Position numbers and translations under genes: made by a program. Below the pieces are notes generated by a model that was not told the origin of the DNA, did not search any database, and was given only the letters and a program-made list of their open reading frames with translations. Below, one piece after another: positions 49,114-53,453 of a stretch of DNA of 53,453 nt; the first letter of the stretch is position 1, and every line of letters starts with the position of its first letter. Source of the DNA: Pseudomonadota bacterium (GTDB lineage: Bacteria > Pseudomonadota > Alphaproteobacteria > MPNO01 > UBA830); the NCBI GenBank assembly GCA_036339975.1, contig JAYYZV010000071.1:1-53453 (forward strand). Reading direction: 5' to 3'.

Positions 49114-49997
49114 TTTGCAGTCTGCCCAAGCCTCGTTAACCAGATCGATGCGGCGAAAATGACCGTGCCCCCGATCCATGTCCATATGTCGGGCAGCTCC
49201 GAAAACACGATCCAGCCGAGGATCCCGGCCCAGATAAGCCGTGTGAAGTTAAACGGCATGGCAATTGACATATCGGCGGCTTGTACGCCGCGGTTATAGG
49301 TGCGCTGCAGGATTACGCTCATGAACCCTATAACGGCAAATAATCCCCACTGTCCCGGGGTCGGTTCATTCCAGACGATAACGGTCGGCACTAGCAGGAT
49401 CAGTGTTTGTGTCACGAATAGCCAGGCAGCGATTGTATCGGGTGGGTCCGTCTGAACAAGTGACTTGATCATGATTGAGACCAGCGCCCCGGCTAGAGCG
49501 GAGCCAAGCGCAAATGCAATACCTAAATTAAAATCAGAAAAGCCTGGGCGGATTACTATAACCGCGCCTGCGAAACCCGCTGCGATGGCGAGCCAACGGT
49601 TGCGGCTGACGACTTCACCCAGCGCAAAGCCTGCGATCGCAGCCGCGATAACTGGCTGCAAGAAGCCGATTGCCGACATCTCCGCGATTGGGATTAATGC
49701 GACGGCAGCAAAAAGGAGAGTAACGTTGGTAGATGACATAAAACCCCTGAATACATGCCGACCGATTTGACTGGTCCGCATGCCGCCAAGGCCGACCTTT
49801 ATTAGCCAGGGAAACATAAATAATACGGCAAATGCGTTACGTAGAAACGCTATCTGAAAAACCTCGATATCGGGGGCCATGTAACGCCCGATAGCAATCG
49901 ATACGACGTAGGTTACAGCTGAAATCGACATCCAGGCCCCGGACCGGACTGGACCGGGCAGGGCTTGAAAGCGGCGGGAAAATCCTGAGTATGTCAT
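49110..49997 (-). CDS. DMT/EamA family transporter
   Basis: QIAFLRN, LGEVV...RW, VIRPG, FSELPD. Confidence 0.9.
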   Translation of the reverse strand: MTYSGFSRRFQALPGPVRSGAWMSISAVTYVVSIAIGRYMAPDIEVFQIAFLRNAFAVLFMFPWLIKVGLGGMRTSQIGRHVFRGFMSSTNVTLLFAAVALIPIAEMSAIGFLQPVIAAAIAGFALGEVVSRNRWLAIAAGFAGAVIVIRPGFSDFNLGIAFALGSALAGALVSIMIKSLVQTDPPDTIAAWLFVTQTLILLVPTVIVWNEPTPGQWGLFAVIGFMSVILQRTYNRGVQAADMSIAMPFNFTRLIWAGILGWIVFSELPDIWTWIGGTVIFAASIWLTRLGQTAK

Positions 49998-49998
49998 C

Positions 49999-50919
49999 CT
50001 ATTTTTGATCGGAAGAAGCTTCGCCATGATTACGAGAACTCCGCGCCTCGCGTCTGGCAATATAGACCGTCGAACAGAAAATCAGCAGTCCGCCTAGCGC
50101 GGTATAGATCGAGGGTATTTCGGCGAAAAGGACAAAACCGAACAGCGCGGCGACTATCAGCCGAGTATAGTCCATTGGCAACATAATCGATGCATCTGCA
50201 GCTGAGAAACCTCGGCTCATCGCCCGCTGTCCGAGGGTACCAACCAAACCCATGAATAACAGCCAGCCCAGTTGTTCCCACGTTGGCGTCTGCCAGACGA
50301 CTAACGCTAGAAGTAACATTACCGGCGTCGTGAAAATCACATAGTAAATCGTGATTGTGTCGGGCGACTCCGTGCGCGAAAGGAACCTAATGAAGACAGC
50401 GGATCCGGCCCCCGCGATGGAAGCGATAAAGACCGAGGCCAGGCCGACATTGAAAATCTCGAATCCTGGGCGGACCATTATCAAGACGCCGACGAAGCCT
50501 ACGATCAGGGCGATCCAACGTCGCAGTCCAACTAATTCCCCAAGGAACACAATGGCGAAAACGGTCCCGTAAAGCGGACGGCTAAACATTATTGCTACCG
50601 CATCGGCCAATGGTATTTTGGACAGGGCGTAGAAATAGCCGAGTGTGCCGATTGCCACAAAAAACGCACGGCCTGCAAAATAGGGGATTTTATCCGTTTT
50701 AAGGCCCTGTCCCCGGGTGCGCAGCAGCCATGGTGCCATAAAGACGAAACCGAGCCCGGTCCGGAAAAACGCGATGATAAAAGTATGAATATCTGTTGAA
50801 AGATGGCGGATCGTGGCCGCCATTGCCGTTAGGCAGAACGCACTCGCTATCAGCCACATCGCCCCACGGATAGGCCCGGGGAGGCTCTCGAACCATTCAT
50901 GCACCGCCGACGGTATCAT
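49999..50919 (-). CDS. DMT/EamA family transporter
   Basis: IAFFR, PLADAVA, FLGE.VG.RRW, MVRPG, FAEIP. Confidence 0.9.
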   Translation of the reverse strand: MIPSAVHEWFESLPGPIRGAMWLIASAFCLTAMAATIRHLSTDIHTFIIAFFRTGLGFVFMAPWLLRTRGQGLKTDKIPYFAGRAFFVAIGTLGYFYALSKIPLADAVAIMFSRPLYGTVFAIVFLGELVGLRRWIALIVGFVGVLIMVRPGFEIFNVGLASVFIASIAGAGSAVFIRFLSRTESPDTITIYYVIFTTPVMLLLALVVWQTPTWEQLGWLLFMGLVGTLGQRAMSRGFSAADASIMLPMDYTRLIVAALFGFVLFAEIPSIYTALGGLLIFCSTVYIARREARSSRNHGEASSDQK

Positions 50920-51815
50920 ATCGCCTTCCTCCCGCTACGCCGCGATTCGGTTTGTCCCGCGAAGACCGATGCACAGAAAATGATGGTCCCGCCGATTATG
51001 GTCCAGATATCAGGAAGCTCTGAAAACACCACAAATCCGATAGCGATAACGAAAGGCAATCGGGTAAAATCGAAAGGCGCGATCGAACCGACTTCACCAG
51101 TGGTGAATGCGCGAGAATAGAGTCGCTGAGCTGTTGTCGACAGGCTACCCAGCATGAAGCCCCAGAACCATTGTTCCCAGGTTGGCCATTCCCAAACAAA
51201 TAATACTGCGATTAACGCAAAAGGTAGCATGTAGATCACTTGGTAGATTGCGGCTGTATCCGGCTGGTCTGTGCGTAACGTGATTTTGAGGATCATTGCG
51301 GAAGCGGCGACGCAGAGGCCTGCGCCTATCACCATGAAGACGCCAATGTTTACTTCCTGAAAGCCAGGACGGATCACGACCAATGTTCCGGCAAACCCGA
51401 TAGCGAGGGCGATCCAACGTGTCAGATGTGCTGCTTCTTTCAAGAAAAGAACACCGGATAGCGCAATAAATAACGGAAATGTGAACGAAATGGCCGTCGC
51501 GTCCGCGAGAGGTATCAGTGTCAACCCACCGAACCATCCATACATAGCCACTGTGCCCAAGAAACCACGCCAGATATATAGTTTTGTGTGTGGTGTCTTT
51601 AGAGCCGAAGCGCCAACTCGAATTAACCATGGTAGCATTACAACAATGCCAAATATCGCCCGGAAAAACGAAATCTCGATAAAATGCAGATCCCGCGCCA
51701 AATAGCGTACGATGCCCGCCTGCGCTGCGAAAAACACAGCACTCAGCGTCATCCAGATAGCGCCTTGAACAGAAGGCGGCAGACGGGTGAAGGTGTTTTT
51801 GAAAGTATTTATCAT
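50916..51815 (-). CDS. DMT/EamA family transporter
   Basis: EISFFR, PLADATA, FLKE....RW, VIRPG, FSELPD. Confidence 0.9.
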   Translation of the reverse strand: MINTFKNTFTRLPPSVQGAIWMTLSAVFFAAQAGIVRYLARDLHFIEISFFRAIFGIVVMLPWLIRVGASALKTPHTKLYIWRGFLGTVAMYGWFGGLTLIPLADATAISFTFPLFIALSGVLFLKEAAHLTRWIALAIGFAGTLVVIRPGFQEVNIGVFMVIGAGLCVAASAMILKITLRTDQPDTAAIYQVIYMLPFALIAVLFVWEWPTWEQWFWGFMLGSLSTTAQRLYSRAFTTGEVGSIAPFDFTRLPFVIAIGFVVFSELPDIWTIIGGTIIFCASVFAGQTESRRSGRKAI

Positions 51816-51853
51816 GTTCGGAAGATTTAACGGATTACTGCCGCAAAGGAGGG

Positions 51854-52684
51854 ATGTCGATGCGTTTTCTTGACTCGGTCATCTGGATCACTGGGGCGTC
51901 TTCCGGTATTGGCGCGGAAATGGCAATGCAGTTCTATGCGGAAGGAGCACATTTAGTTATGTCTTCGCGAGACCGCACGGCGCTGAAAAGCGTCGGCAGT
52001 ACCTGCAATGGATTAGGTGAAATACTGATTTTACCCTTGGACGTGACCGATGAGAAGGCGGTAATTGCCGCTGCGCAGCAGGTGATCGACCGGTTTGGCC
52101 GGGTAGATGTTCTGGTAAACAATGCCGGTCTGACACAGCGGAGTCTCATTGCGGAGACCAGTCTGGACGTATATCGGCGAATTATGGACGTAAATTTTTT
52201 TGGTCCCCTTCTGATGACCAAGGCGGTACTTCCCGCCATGTTGGATATGGAGGCGGGCCAGATCGTCTGTGTCACAAGCGTTGCCGGGAAGTACGGATCG
52301 CCGATGCGGTCCGGTTACAACGCTGCGAAACATGCCGCGCACGGATTTTTCGAATCTCTTCGAGAAGAAGTATCCGCGCACGGCATTAGTGTGACGCTAA
52401 TTTTGCCCGGTGCGGTTAAAACAAATGTATCTCTGAATGCGCTCTGTGGCGATGGATCGCGTTACAACAAGATGGACCCGTTTCTCGCAATGGGAATGGA
52501 GCCGGCGGAATGTGCTCGGCGCACCCTGAATGCTATACATGGTCGAAAACGTGAGGTGATGATTGCCACCGGTGTTGCACGCCGCAATGTCTGGCTCAAA
52601 CGGCTGTCGCCTGCACTTCTATCATGGGTAACCCGGCGTCGAAGACGCCACCAAACCGCTGTTCTGACGGACAGCACTAACTAA
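51854..52684 (+). CDS. SDR family oxidoreductase (DHRS7-like)
   Basis: WITGASSGIG, NNAG..QRS, SVAGK, YNAAK. Confidence 0.92.
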   Translation: MSMRFLDSVIWITGASSGIGAEMAMQFYAEGAHLVMSSRDRTALKSVGSTCNGLGEILILPLDVTDEKAVIAAAQQVIDRFGRVDVLVNNAGLTQRSLIAETSLDVYRRIMDVNFFGPLLMTKAVLPAMLDMEAGQIVCVTSVAGKYGSPMRSGYNAAKHAAHGFFESLREEVSAHGISVTLILPGAVKTNVSLNALCGDGSRYNKMDPFLAMGMEPAECARRTLNAIHGRKREVMIATGVARRNVWLKRLSPALLSWVTRRRRRHQTAVLTDSTN

Positions 52685-52729
52685 TGCGAGGATGCGGCAA
52701 CATCGCACCTGAACTCAATTCGGAGATAA

Positions 52730-53077
52730 ATGATAATGATCAGTGATCACAAGAAACTTGCAAAAGAAGTTGATGGACGTGCGGCAAAACTGTTTAAAGC
52801 TGCGCCCGATACCATGCGGTCGTTTCGAGGGTTGATGGAAAATGTTGGGAAGGACGGTGCGTTGGATTCCAAGACAAAAGAGTTGATGGCGCTTGCTGTG
52901 GGGATCGCCGTCCATTGTGAGGGCTGCATCAACTACCACACGCGCGAGGCTATCCGGAAAGGTGCGAGCCGAGAAGAAGTGGTGGAAACGGCCGCTGTTG
53001 CGATAGAAATGGGTGGAGGACCGGCGGCGGTGTATAGTGCGCAGGCGCTGGAAGCTTTCGACCAGCTATCGGCGTAG
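52730..53077 (+). CDS. Carboxymuconolactone decarboxylase/AhpD-like protein
   Basis: GALDSKTKELMALAV, CEGCINYH (CxxC), GASREE, MGGGP. Confidence 0.9.
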   Translation: MIMISDHKKLAKEVDGRAAKLFKAAPDTMRSFRGLMENVGKDGALDSKTKELMALAVGIAVHCEGCINYHTREAIRKGASREEVVETAAVAIEMGGGPAAVYSAQALEAFDQLSA

Positions 53078-53205
53078 CGAATAACCGTTTTTTTGGTAAA
53101 AAATGCTTTGACCCAAAAAGTTCCGAGGCCCATCTTGCGGAAGATCGGGTTTCGTCGGTCTTAAAATTGGCGGCTCTCCGGGGCTTTTAGAGGGAAATTA
53201 AACGC

Positions 53206-53453
53206 ATGTTTGGTCTTTTCTTTGGCGGCCTGCTCAAGGTTGCGCTTGTTTCAATTGGCATTGCGGTTTGTACATTTCCGTTATCGCTCCCTTTACATGC
53301 GGAGGGTAATGAGTTGTCGGATCGCGGGAAGGCCGCCGATAAGAATAAGAACGGCGTTATTGACCGAGACGAGGCAGGGGGGCCGCTGAAGGCCAATTTT
53401 GATGAGATGGACTGTGACAAGTCCGGCACGTTAGACGGTGGGGAAATCCGGGG
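53206..53453 (+). CDS. Secreted EF-hand-containing protein (3'-truncated by window edge)
   Basis: My translation is MFGLFFGGLLKVALVSIGIAVCTFPLSLPLHA-EGNE..., a signal peptide followed by two EF-hand loops, DKNKNGVIDRDE and DCDKSGTLDGGE. Confidence 0.8.
   Translation, partial: MFGLFFGGLLKVALVSIGIAVCTFPLSLPLHAEGNELSDRGKAADKNKNGVIDRDEAGGPLKANFDEMDCDKSGTLDGGEIR

Noticed and set aside
1-53453. CRISPR arrays, IS elements, rRNA, riboswitches, long tandem repeats
   Set aside because: None were seen by eye. Intergenic gaps are short and non-repetitive. An Rfam scan would be needed to exclude small RNAs.

Overview
The window is chromosomal DNA from an alphaproteobacterium; gene order and protein style suggest Rhodospirillales, which is my inference. 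Bases 1-10.8 kb are core genes: addB (partial)-addA-trxA-rpmI-rplT-pheS-pheT-lepA, followed by tRNA-Ser(GGA). An accessory block of about 29 kb (11.4-40.2 kb) follows, with no integrase or att duplication visible. It opens with an MFS transporter and a WYL regulator divergent from an orphan gene, with a DriD-like palindrome between them. It continues as a dense (hetero)aromatic-carboxylate catabolic region: 2 UbiD-family decarboxylases, 4 amidohydrolase_2 enzymes, 3 adenylate-forming ligases, a PyrK/PyrD-like pair with an altered substrate pocket, a flavin monooxygenase, MBL hydrolase, rhodanese, TPR-2OG oxygenase, and XRE and TetR regulators. The right end holds ABC-F, GST, a signal-less solute-binding protein, M17 aminopeptidase, LMW-PTP, zincin, pterin dehydratase, five DMT/EamA transporters, an SDR, a CMD/AhpD protein and a truncated secreted EF-hand protein. 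The best leads are the WYL/orphan module, the repurposed PyrK/PyrD pair, the decarboxylase hub with a CPCC microprotein, and an apparent AUU start codon on trxA. All product calls come from motif recognition by eye; no database search was run.
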